DNA of 64,000 bases from a virus, in the IMG/VR virus record IMGVR_UViG_3300044678_002717, positions 1 through 64,000 of that record, one strand, 5' to 3'. This document shows positions 42,267-50,653 of this stretch, one piece after another. Position numbers and translations under genes: made by a program. Positions within the stretch are counted from its first letter, which is position 1. Every line of letters begins with the position of its first letter. Under the pieces are notes generated by a model. That model did not search any database. It saw nothing but the letters and a program-made list of their open reading frames with translations, and was not told the origin of the DNA.

Positions 42267-43267
42267 GTTTGAATATTTCTAAAACCTAAAGCGACATTTC
42301 TACCAGCAGTAGCAGTATTATTTTCTTCAACACTTGTTTTACTTGTTATAAAATTTATTATAGCAGTTAAATCATTTGCAGTTTTAATATTTTTTAGTTT
42401 AGTAATTAAAGGTGTATTTCCATTAGGTCCATTAATAATAGTTATAACACTTTGAGCAGCAGGAGAAACTTTTGGTTGTTGAGTTTGTTGTTGCCCTGTT
42501 TGAGGTTGTTGTCCTGTTTCAGACTCAAATCCACTAGTACCAACAGGTGTACTTCTAATTGGTTGTTCCATTAACATTTTACGAACCATTGCCCTTAATT
42601 GAGATTCTGTAATTAAAACTTTTTTCATCTTTTTTTTATTGTAAATAGTTGCTTTATTAAAATGTTCACTAATATTTTTACTCATATTAAATTTTTTCAC
42701 TTTATTAAGTGAAGCTAATATTTCTTCTTTATATGGTAAAACTAAAACATTATATACAAAAGCAATACTACCAACTATTTTTAATAATAATGATATATAA
42801 TCCGCAATATCTGTAAAAGAACTTGAAATAGTATTAATCATTCCATCGGCAACTAATTTATTTAACCATTCTGTTAATTTTGGTGTATTAGAATATATAC
42901 TAAGTATAAAATTAAAAATACATGCAACTGCTGATAATTTTAAAAGATTTTTAATATTAGCACTATTATTTATTTTACTTATAAAATTATCAATAAATTT
43001 TCCAAAACCTATAGTTTGTAATGTTGCCTTAACAGTTTGTGAAATACGTTTAATATTCGCTATTAATAAATCTAAATATTTGGTTAATAAAAAATTATTC
43101 TCTGCTTTTAATAACATATTAAAAAAAGAAACCAATTCCTTAATATTAAATATTTTATCAAAAAAACTAATATTATCTTCCTCATTTAATTGATTTAATT
43201 CCAATCTTGATAATAATACATTGCTACTTTCAATAAATAATTTTCTATGTTGTAACTCAGTTAACAT
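42251..43267 (-). CDS. Hypothetical protein with a nested in-frame ITESQL-leader gene starting at 42628
   Basis: Late motifs at 43276-43285 and 42640-42649, each followed by an ATG in the same frame. Confidence 0.55.
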   Translation of the reverse strand: MLTELQHRKLFIESSNVLLSRLELNQLNEEDNISFFDKIFNIKELVSFFNMLLKAENNFLLTKYLDLLIANIKRISQTVKATLQTIGFGKFIDNFISKINNSANIKNLLKLSAVACIFNFILSIYSNTPKLTEWLNKLVADGMINTISSSFTDIADYISLLLKIVGSIAFVYNVLVLPYKEEILASLNKVKKFNMSKNISEHFNKATIYNKKKMKKVLITESQLRAMVRKMLMEQPIRSTPVGTSGFESETGQQPQTGQQQTQQPKVSPAAQSVITIINGPNGNTPLITKLKNIKTANDLTAIINFITSKTSVEENNTATAGRNVALGFRNIQTQAGG

Positions 43268-43329
43268 TTTTTTATTGTAAATAGTAAATTTTAAAAAAAA
43301 GTCATATATTTGAATTGTCAAAACAATAT

Positions 43330-43413
43330 GTCGGGATGTTGGAATTGGTAGACAAGATGGACTTAAAATCCATTGGCAGCAATGCCGTGAGGGTTCGATT
43401 CCCTCTCCTGATA
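43330..43413 (+). tRNA. tRNA-Leu(UAA)
   Basis: Cloverleaf with ATGGA-CTTAAAA-TCCAT anticodon arm, long variable arm and GGTTCGATTCC T-arm; TATATTTG box upstream; CCA not encoded. Confidence 0.92.
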
Positions 43414-43446
43414 CATAACTCATTGATTATCAATGATTTAAGATAT

Positions 43447-43544
43447 GGCCTTGTAAGTAAATGGATATACTGATTGCCTTCTCATTCCATTCTGAGGAAT
43501 GGAGAGAGAAGCAATTCTTCTAGGTTCGATTCCTAGCGAGGCTA
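43447..43544 (+). tRNA. tRNA-Arg(UCU) with a 26-nt insertion in the anticodon loop
   Basis: GGCCTTG/CGAGGCT acceptor stem, GGA D-loop (A20), ATTGC/GCAAT anticodon stem, CTAGG-TTCGATT-CCTAG T-arm; removing 43483-43508 restores loop CTTCTAA. Confidence 0.8.
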
Positions 43545-43566
43545 CTATTTAAGATAAATATATAAT

Positions 43567-44064
43567 ATGAATTTATCAAAGAATCTTACACTTTTTGAAA
43601 TGACAAGAAGTGAAACAGCAAAAAGAAAAGGAGTTAGCAATGAACCAACTCCACAACACATTGAAAATATGAAAGTGTTGGCTGAAAAAATATTTGAACC
43701 AATTAGAAGACATTTTAATTCACCAATCTATATATCATCAGGATATAGAAGTGCTGCTTTAAATAAAATAATTCCCGGTGCATCCAAAACTTCTCAACAT
43801 TCTAAAGGAGAAGCGATGGACATTGATATGGATAATAGTGGTTCTAAAGTTACCAACAAAGAAATTTTTAATTGGATTAAAGATAATTTAGACTTTGACC
43901 AATTAATAGCTGAATTTAAACAAGGAAATGATTTAGGTTGGGTACATGTATCATATAATACAAATGGTACTCAAAGAGGACAAATACTAATTGCTTCTAA
44001 AGGAACATTTGGAACAAAGTATTCGCCATACACAAAAGAATTATTTCAAAAAATTTATGGATAA
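43567..44064 (+). CDS. Peptidase M15 family protein (endolysin-like)
   Basis: ISSGYRS, SQHSKGEAMD and WVHVSY motifs. Confidence 0.85.
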   Translation: MNLSKNLTLFEMTRSETAKRKGVSNEPTPQHIENMKVLAEKIFEPIRRHFNSPIYISSGYRSAALNKIIPGASKTSQHSKGEAMDIDMDNSGSKVTNKEIFNWIKDNLDFDQLIAEFKQGNDLGWVHVSYNTNGTQRGQILIASKGTFGTKYSPYTKELFQKIYG

Positions 44065-44695
44065 TATATGTTTCCTATATTGCTTGTTTGATAAAAAAGA
44101 TTGTAGAATAAGATATATTGGTGTATCCGTGCAACCTGAACAAAGATTTAAAAATCATCAATATGAAAGTAAAAATCCTTCTACAAGTAATTTGGGAAAA
44201 TCTAAATGGTTAAAAACTGTAAAAGAACTTTCTTACAAAATTTTATTTTCAGGAACTGAAAAAGAATGTTATCAGAAAGAAATTGAATTAATTTTTAAAT
44301 ATAAAAAGAAAAAAAATCTTGTAAATAGTACGGTTGGAGGTGATAAACCACCTAAATTAAATGAATTAGACCCAATACATTATAATAAGACAATTTCTAA
44401 AATTTCAGAAAAAGCAAAAAATAGAAAAGTTTCTGATATAACTAAACAAAAAATGTCTGAGACTCATAAAAAAATTCCTCCTATTTGGTTAGAATCAAAA
44501 GGTTGTAAAAACGGAAGAGCCTATTCTGTAAATCAATATGATTTAAATGGTAATTTTGTCAAAAAATGGGATTGTGCTAAAGATGCAATCAATGAATTAA
44601 AATTAAATAAAACCGCAATTACTGATTGTTTAAAAGGAAGACAAAAAACAGCAGGAGGTTTTATATGGAAAAAATATACCCCTTACAAAGCTTAA
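44057..44695 (+). CDS. GIY-YIG homing endonuclease with NUMOD-type DNA-binding domains
   Basis: FLYCL..IRYIG...RFKNH; TKQKMSE; VNQYDLNGNFVKKW...KTAGGFIW; start reassigned to MDNI. Confidence 0.8.
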   Translation: MDNICFLYCLFDKKDCRIRYIGVSVQPEQRFKNHQYESKNPSTSNLGKSKWLKTVKELSYKILFSGTEKECYQKEIELIFKYKKKKNLVNSTVGGDKPPKLNELDPIHYNKTISKISEKAKNRKVSDITKQKMSETHKKIPPIWLESKGCKNGRAYSVNQYDLNGNFVKKWDCAKDAINELKLNKTAITDCLKGRQKTAGGFIWKKYTPYKA

Positions 44696-45153
44696 TTTTT
44701 CTTTTTCTTTTTATCTGTTATTGGACCACCAACAACCCATGCATCACAGGTTCTTTTTGCAGCACATTTAAATTTTAAAAATCTGCAATAACCTAATTGA
44801 CCTGCATCAATTACATCATGTGGGTCTTCAGAATCTTCATCATCACCAATACCTTTAGCAATACAATCTAAAGTTTTTTTGGTAATATCAAATGCTGCAC
44901 AATTACCACAAATAGATTCCTTTGCTTCATTGATTGAATCAAGTTTCCACATCTCTGCTTTTTCTTTCCAAAACTTTGTATTTGGTCGATTAGGATTTAA
45001 TGGTCCATATCCTTTACTTTCAATAGCTTCTTGTCTATTTTCAAGATTTAAATCAATATCTTGTGTTGCAGGTGGACATTTAGAACTTTCTTCATTCATT
45101 TGAACAAAATTTTTAATATCTTTGTATTGATTTTCGCTAATAAAAATTTTCAT
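44692..45153 (-). CDS. Cys-rich (HiPIP-like) protein with a variant leader
   Basis: CGNCAAF...GYC.....CAAKRTCDAW; begins MKIFISENQY; late motif at 45160. Confidence 0.5.
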   Translation of the reverse strand: MKIFISENQYKDIKNFVQMNEESSKCPPATQDIDLNLENRQEAIESKGYGPLNPNRPNTKFWKEKAEMWKLDSINEAKESICGNCAAFDITKKTLDCIAKGIGDDEDSEDPHDVIDAGQLGYCRFLKFKCAAKRTCDAWVVGGPITDKKKKKN

Positions 45154-45194
45154 TTTTTATTTAAATAGTAAAAAAAACGTATTATATTTGAGAT

Positions 45195-45485
45195 ATGAAA
45201 ATCGTTAACTCTGAAGAATTTAAAAATGCAATTAACGAAGATTGTATTATTGCATTTTCAACATCTTGGTGCGGTCCTTGCAAAATGTTAGCACCAACAC
45301 TTGAAACAATTACTGAAGTTCCTGTATATAAAGTTGATGCCGATTCTGAAGCACAATTATGTATTGAATATGGTATTAGGTCAGTTCCAACAATTATTTC
45401 CTTTAAAGAAGGAAAAGAATATAAAAGATTGGTAGGCAATCAAACCAAAACTAAAATTTTAGAAATGTTAGACTATGGATTGTAA
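45195..45485 (+). CDS. trxA: Thioredoxin
   Basis: WCGPC and IRSVPT motifs. Confidence 0.9.
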   Translation: MKIVNSEEFKNAINEDCIIAFSTSWCGPCKMLAPTLETITEVPVYKVDADSEAQLCIEYGIRSVPTIISFKEGKEYKRLVGNQTKTKILEMLDYGL

Positions 45486-45606
45486 AATAATTAATTTAGT
45501 AAAAGAAAAAGGAGAAGTCATTGGTGTTGTTATCCAAGTTGATAATGGGGATACACAATACTTAACAATAGAAGAACATAATATATATAATAAAAATGGC
45601 AAATAA
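45475..45606 (+). CDS. 43-aa hypothetical protein (MDCKIINLVK...)
   Basis: Translated by hand; bridges the two neighbours. Confidence 0.4.
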   Translation: MDCKIINLVKEKGEVIGVVIQVDNGDTQYLTIEEHNIYNKNGK

Positions 45607-46159
45607 TTGTTACAACATTATTACCGTTGAAGGTAATATAGAAACACTTAATAAAATTAAGGATATAATTACACCTTTAGTTCAAAGTGGTTTGAATTAT
45701 GAAAACTATAAGGAAGTTTTTAATGGTGAACAAATCTTTATTGATTCTTATGAAGATTATGATTTTAAAGATGAACATCCAAAATGGTTTACTCCTGAAG
45801 AACCTTTTATTATTGATGAACAATTAATTATTCAAGGTGATTCAGCTTGGAGTCCTGTTACTGAATTTACAGGTATGATTAGTCATGTTTATAAAGTTAA
45901 TACAAGAATTGTTTATGATGAACAAGGTATGAACTTTGCAGGTGAACAAGAATATAATGAAGATGGTGTTTGCACTCTTGATGAAGAATATACTTATTGG
46001 GAATGGCAATTTAAAGAAGGTAACTTCTATGATGAATTTGAATATAGCGCAGAATATATGGATGACCTTGATGAATTCTTAGAAGAAAATAATCTTACCA
46101 ATAAAGTTGATATGGATAAAGTTACGGAAATTTGGAATCAATATCATAGCGAAGAGTAA
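45596..46159 (+). CDS. YubB ferredoxin-like / DUF1281-like protein
   Basis: MANNCYN.I.V.G, DSAWSP and YDEQGMNFAG motifs. Confidence 0.65.
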   Translation: MANNCYNIITVEGNIETLNKIKDIITPLVQSGLNYENYKEVFNGEQIFIDSYEDYDFKDEHPKWFTPEEPFIIDEQLIIQGDSAWSPVTEFTGMISHVYKVNTRIVYDEQGMNFAGEQEYNEDGVCTLDEEYTYWEWQFKEGNFYDEFEYSAEYMDDLDEFLEENNLTNKVDMDKVTEIWNQYHSEE

Positions 46160-46327
46160 GAAGAAAATGAAGAATAATTTTTTCTTTGAATATAATTGGA
46201 ATATTTATAAGGGTGAATACAAAACCCTAAGAAAAGATAATGTTCTATTGATAATTTCCATAGTAAATTTTATAATAACTTTAATAAATTTATATCTACA
46301 TCTAACTAATTAAATAGAAATAAAAAT

Positions 46328-47146
46328 ATGAAAGAAGCATACCAATATCATCAGACAGTAAACAAACTAAGAACATTTTTCCAAAAGAAAAACTTCATTG
46401 AAGTACCAACACAATCTTGCTTATCAATCTTAGCAGCTTGTGAAAACCCTCACTCAATAACACAATTTGAATATGTCAATCAAATTTGGCCTCTTCCACA
46501 GACAGGGCAAATGATTTTGGAGGAAAGATTATTAACTAACCCAACTTGGGAAGGTTGTTTTTGTGTGTCAACATCTTATAGACAAGAAAAAAATCCAATC
46601 AAAGGTAGACATGAACTTATCTTCCCAATGTTTGAATTTGAATCTAAAGGTACAATGAAAGATATGCTTCAATTAGAAGCTGAACTTTTAGAACATCTTG
46701 GATTTGATAAACCAATCGAAGTAAATTATGATGATGTTTGTCAAGAATATGGTGGTGTTGAAATTCTTGAAAACGAACATGAAACAAGAATGTGGGAAGA
46801 AAAAGGTCCTGTGGTATCTTTACAAAACTTTCCATTAAGAACTAATCCATTTTGGAATATGCAACATAATGATAACGGAATCTTTAATAAAGTTGATGTT
46901 ATCCTTTATGGTCAAGAAACAATCGGTTCTGCTGAAAGAAGTTCTGATGTAGAAAAAATGAGAGAAATGTTTTATACCATTGAAAATGGAGCATACTCAC
47001 AAAAATTATTTGAACTCTTTGGAAAAGAAAGGGTAGAAAAAGAATTGGAAGATTTCTTCTCTCATGATTTCTTTGAAAGATTTGGTGGAGGAATAGGTAT
47101 GACTAGAATGGCTAGAGCATTAAAACTAAATGGTTCTATCATTTAA
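46328..47146 (+). CDS. Stand-alone class IIb aminoacyl-tRNA synthetase-like catalytic domain (AsnRS/AsnA-like)
   Basis: FIEVPT, LPQTGQ, SYRQE...RH..IFPMFEFE, ETIGSAER, GGGIGMTR; only 272 aa, no anticodon-binding domain. Confidence 0.8.
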   Translation: MKEAYQYHQTVNKLRTFFQKKNFIEVPTQSCLSILAACENPHSITQFEYVNQIWPLPQTGQMILEERLLTNPTWEGCFCVSTSYRQEKNPIKGRHELIFPMFEFESKGTMKDMLQLEAELLEHLGFDKPIEVNYDDVCQEYGGVEILENEHETRMWEEKGPVVSLQNFPLRTNPFWNMQHNDNGIFNKVDVILYGQETIGSAERSSDVEKMREMFYTIENGAYSQKLFELFGKERVEKELEDFFSHDFFERFGGGIGMTRMARALKLNGSII

Positions 47147-47156
47147 AAAATAAAAA

Positions 47157-47354
47157 ATGATTTATTATATTATATTATTGCTATTAGCATTAATTGTAAC
47201 TGCTATAGGTATATTGGTTATTAAAGTTGCCATTGAAATGTATGAACAACTTTATTGGCATAAACCTAAACCTTCATTTAAACAAGAAGCTAAAAAAAGA
47301 TACCAAAAAAAATATGCAACTAAAAGAATTAGAAAATCTACTAGAAAAGTATAA
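47157..47354 (+). CDS. Small membrane protein
   Basis: N-terminal TM, basic tail. Confidence 0.45.
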   Translation: MIYYIILLLLALIVTAIGILVIKVAIEMYEQLYWHKPKPSFKQEAKKRYQKKYATKRIRKSTRKV

Positions 47355-47619
47355 AGCATTTTCAGATAAATTATCAGAACTCTATGACCTAGGTTTTGAT
47401 TTCTATGAAGGTAAATTTGAACTAATGTCAGATGTGGAAAAATTATTTGATATTACAATAGAATCTCACTATAAAAAAGAAGGTGTGGATTGGATTAATT
47501 GGTTTATCTATGAAAATGATTATGGAAAAAATAAACTAGAAGCTAAAGATGGAGATGAACTAATTTGCTATGATGTAAAATCATTGCATGAGTACATAGA
47601 GAAGTATCATAAGAAGTAA
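47314..47619 (+). CDS. Hypothetical protein
   Basis: Start reassigned to MQLKELE; DWINWFIYENDYG motif. Confidence 0.55.
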   Translation: MQLKELENLLEKYKAFSDKLSELYDLGFDFYEGKFELMSDVEKLFDITIESHYKKEGVDWINWFIYENDYGKNKLEAKDGDELICYDVKSLHEYIEKYHKK

Positions 47620-47643
47620 CTAATTATATAAAATTATTATATA

Positions 47644-48444
47644 ATGAAAAAGTTAAGAATCACAGAATCTCAATTAAAAACAATTGTAAAGGGCATTATA
47701 AAGGAAGAAAGAAAAAAACAAATAATTAAAGAAGGAATTCTTTCAGGAGGGTTAGATAAAATAAAAAATGCAATATTGGATTCACCATTGTTTGATAAAC
47801 TAATCAATACAATTGTGGCTAACATGACTCCTAAAAACATTCAAATGTTTAAGATGATATTTAATCTACAGGAGAGTGTAGGTGGTCCATCTCTTGAATC
47901 GATTATGACAATGGTTCATAAAAAGAATCCTGATAAGAATCTTACAGCAGCTATGAATGAAGAGCAAGCTGCAATAGATAAAGAATCACTTGAAGGCAAA
48001 GTTGTAAATTTAGTAAGAAATGTAACAGGTTTAAATCTATTAGCATTAGGAGGTTTACCATTAGGATTATTAATCAATTCAATTATTAATCTTGGCCCAT
48101 ATGCATTTGGTAGTTTTTTAGGACCATTGATTAGCTTGATAGCATCATTGATTATTCATGGTATATCTAGAAAATTAATTGGTGTTAGTAGTGATGAAGG
48201 AATTATTGGCGAAGAATCTCAAATTATGGAAATGAGTAGAGATGATGTCAACTTAAAAGCAATACTTGCAAAATATGATAGTTCTAGTGAAACAACACAA
48301 AAGGCAATAGCTAATATGATACTTGGTAGTTTTGATAGATTAAACTTTAATCCAAAAATGGCTAGAGTTAAAATCTATAAAGAGTTAAGAGATATGGATT
48401 ATCAGGAAATATCAGGTATAAGAAAAAGATTAAATATTAGATAG
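47644..48444 (+). CDS. ITESQL-leader protein with a hydrophobic helical hairpin
   Basis: MKKLRITESQLKTIVKGIIKEE; two Gly-rich hydrophobic segments. Confidence 0.65.
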   Translation: MKKLRITESQLKTIVKGIIKEERKKQIIKEGILSGGLDKIKNAILDSPLFDKLINTIVANMTPKNIQMFKMIFNLQESVGGPSLESIMTMVHKKNPDKNLTAAMNEEQAAIDKESLEGKVVNLVRNVTGLNLLALGGLPLGLLINSIINLGPYAFGSFLGPLISLIASLIIHGISRKLIGVSSDEGIIGEESQIMEMSRDDVNLKAILAKYDSSSETTQKAIANMILGSFDRLNFNPKMARVKIYKELRDMDYQEISGIRKRLNIR

Positions 48445-48856
48445 TCTTTAATTGAAAGTGCATTCCATCCTTTCTTTTCCATAAACCGCCCCAATCAAAT
48501 CCTGCATCTGTAAAACATTTTACAAAACCATTGCTAAACTTTGGTGTTTGATTTAATCCATTTTCAAAAGCATTAAAATCAATAGCAACTCCCCATGAGT
48601 GTAAAGACATTGAATTTAATCCTCTCTTTTTTCTTATATTAAAACATCCATCAAAAGTTTTTAACTCTGATACATATCCTGTATCAATTAAATTTTTAAA
48701 AGCATTTGATAAAGGATTAATCATATCCTTATTGCAATATATCTTTTTTGGAATCAAACCTATTTCTAAATTGCTTGGAACATCCCATAATACCATACAA
48801 GAATTTGTCTTTGATGGCTGACCATACTTTTTTAAACATTGCTGACTTGTTAACAT
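48437..48856 (-). CDS. Peptidase M15 family endolysin-like protein
   Basis: R......SLHSWGVAIDFN and WGGLW..KDGMHFQ motifs; late motif at 48871. Confidence 0.85.
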   Translation of the reverse strand: MLTSQQCLKKYGQPSKTNSCMVLWDVPSNLEIGLIPKKIYCNKDMINPLSNAFKNLIDTGYVSELKTFDGCFNIRKKRGLNSMSLHSWGVAIDFNAFENGLNQTPKFSNGFVKCFTDAGFDWGGLWKRKDGMHFQLKTI

Positions 48857-48966
48857 AGATATATATTTTATATAAATAGTTTTATTTTACATTTTGTAAA
48901 GATACTATTTTACAAAAAAATAAAATTTTGTAAAAAATTTACACTATTTACATAAAAGAATAGTAT

Positions 48967-49752
48967 ATGAAAATTTGTAAGAAATGTTTAAACCCAAAAG
49001 ATGAATCAGAGTTTGGTGTTGATAAATCCAAAAAAGATGGTTTATCAATCTATTGTAAGGATTGTCAAAAATTAATTAGAGAAAAATATAAAGGTAAATA
49101 TGACCATAATGAATATTATGAAAAATATAAAGATAAACGAAAAGAATATTACCAAGAAAACAAAGAAAGGATAAAAGAATATTATCAAGATAATATAGAA
49201 AAGAAAAAAGAATATGGAAAACAATATAGAGAAGAAAATAAAGAAAAAAGAAAAGAAAAATATAAAGGTAAATATAAATACCCTTATAAACCTAGAAAAT
49301 TAACAGAAGAACAAAAATTAAATAAAAAATTATACGATAAGGAATATAAACAAATTCACAAAGAAAGATATAATCAATATAGAAAAACATATAAAAAACT
49401 AAAAAAAGAAAATGACCCTGTTTATAAACTAAAGGAAGCGTGTAGAAAATCAATCTATATGTCCATTAAAAGAAAAGGTTTTTCAAAAGAAACAAAAACC
49501 TATGAAATATTAGGTTGTAGTTATGAAGAATTTAAAACTCACATTGAATCGCAATTTGAAACTTGGATGAGTTGGGATAATTATGGTTTATGTAACAATG
49601 AATTTAATTATGGATGGGATATAGACCACATTGTTCCTTGTGCTTCTGCTACAACAGAAGAAGAACTTTTAAAACTTAATCATTATACTAATCTTAGACC
49701 ACTATGTTCTCACATTAATAGAAATATTAAAAGAGATAGATTGGATTTTTAA
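48967..49752 (+). CDS. HNH endonuclease with an N-terminal Zn finger
   Basis: CKKC...YCKDC; WDIDHIVP...NHYTNLRPL...N..K. Confidence 0.8.
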   Translation: MKICKKCLNPKDESEFGVDKSKKDGLSIYCKDCQKLIREKYKGKYDHNEYYEKYKDKRKEYYQENKERIKEYYQDNIEKKKEYGKQYREENKEKRKEKYKGKYKYPYKPRKLTEEQKLNKKLYDKEYKQIHKERYNQYRKTYKKLKKENDPVYKLKEACRKSIYMSIKRKGFSKETKTYEILGCSYEEFKTHIESQFETWMSWDNYGLCNNEFNYGWDIDHIVPCASATTEEELLKLNHYTNLRPLCSHINRNIKRDRLDF

Positions 49753-49877
49753 AACGAAAAATTTATAAAAAAAATTTTTAAGGTGGCATTGTTTTTCTAA
49801 ATAAAAAAGTTACACAAGAATTTTTTACAAAATTTTTTTTAAATTGGAAACTAAAAATTGTAGCCGATACATCTTTG

Positions 49878-49952
49878 TAGCCCCCACACCTATAGGGGGG
49901 TCGGGAGGGGGGTGGCTATAGGGGGATACAGGGGGAGGGGGTATACCCCCCC
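49878..49952. other. G-tract/C-tract element at the border of the early region
   Basis: Six G runs and the palindrome GGGGGTATACCCCC within otherwise AT-rich DNA. Confidence 0.75.
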
Positions 49953-50021
49953 TCAAAGATAAGTAATAGTTTTGAGACTACCAAATTTATTTTAAAATAA
50001 ACTTACATAAATCTTACATAC

Positions 50022-50050
50022 AAAAAAAGCAATCATTGCTGATTGCTTTT
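50022..50050 (-). terminator. Intrinsic terminator
   Basis: AAAGCAATCA-GCAA-TGATTGCTTT plus T run. Confidence 0.7.
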
Positions 50051-50446
50051 AATAAGACCATGTCTTTGCAATACCTTTTCATTCCATTTCCAATTGGTTT
50101 TTGATTTGGTATTCTTATTGAAAGAACTATTCCCAAAGTTTACGAATACCTGATTGGTATCGGTATTGTATTCCATTGCTGTATTTTTGTACAGATTAGC
50201 ATCCCATTGCCAAATCGAGAAAAAGGAATTAGAAAAATCAATTGCTTTGATTTCCAAAACACCATTTTCAGAAATCCTTGTTTCGGTTACTTGAAACACT
50301 TTGTAAATGTCTTTTGACTTTTTAGCATTTGGATTAACCTTGGTAATGCAAGACCAACCATATGGCTTGCCATTGAAGAAATGTGGCTTAGTAAGTTCTT
50401 CGCCACACATGGTACAAAAACAAAAGGAAGAAGCGGAGGTCTGCAT
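50033..50446 (-). CDS. Zn-finger-containing early protein
   Basis: Start reassigned to MQTSASS; CTMCG...GWSC. Confidence 0.55.
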   Translation of the reverse strand: MQTSASSFCFCTMCGEELTKPHFFNGKPYGWSCITKVNPNAKKSKDIYKVFQVTETRISENGVLEIKAIDFSNSFFSIWQWDANLYKNTAMEYNTDTNQVFVNFGNSSFNKNTKSKTNWKWNEKVLQRHGLIKSNQQ

Positions 50447-50653
50447 AGTGCGAGGGGGTAAAAGTGCTGTCACCGTGACAACAATACAAAGGTAGTAAAA
50501 TAAATTGAATTTGCAAGTGGTAAAGCAAAATTTATTTAAATTATTTTTTCCTTTCATAATCGCTATATAACGAATGCAAACCTTAAATGGTATCAAAGTA
50601 TCAGTTTAATATTTGCTTTGATTATACGCAATGTTTTATAAGTGAAAGAATAC

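Noticed and set aside
43268-43423. N-terminal extension of ORF 42251-43423
   Set aside because: It is antisense to tRNA-Leu and upstream of the late motif; the true start is more likely 43267.
43478-43510. Canonical archaeal bulge-helix-bulge intron at 37/38
   Set aside because: It would leave C at position 37, and the 4-bp central helix would contain a C-A mismatch; only a relaxed or different mechanism fits.
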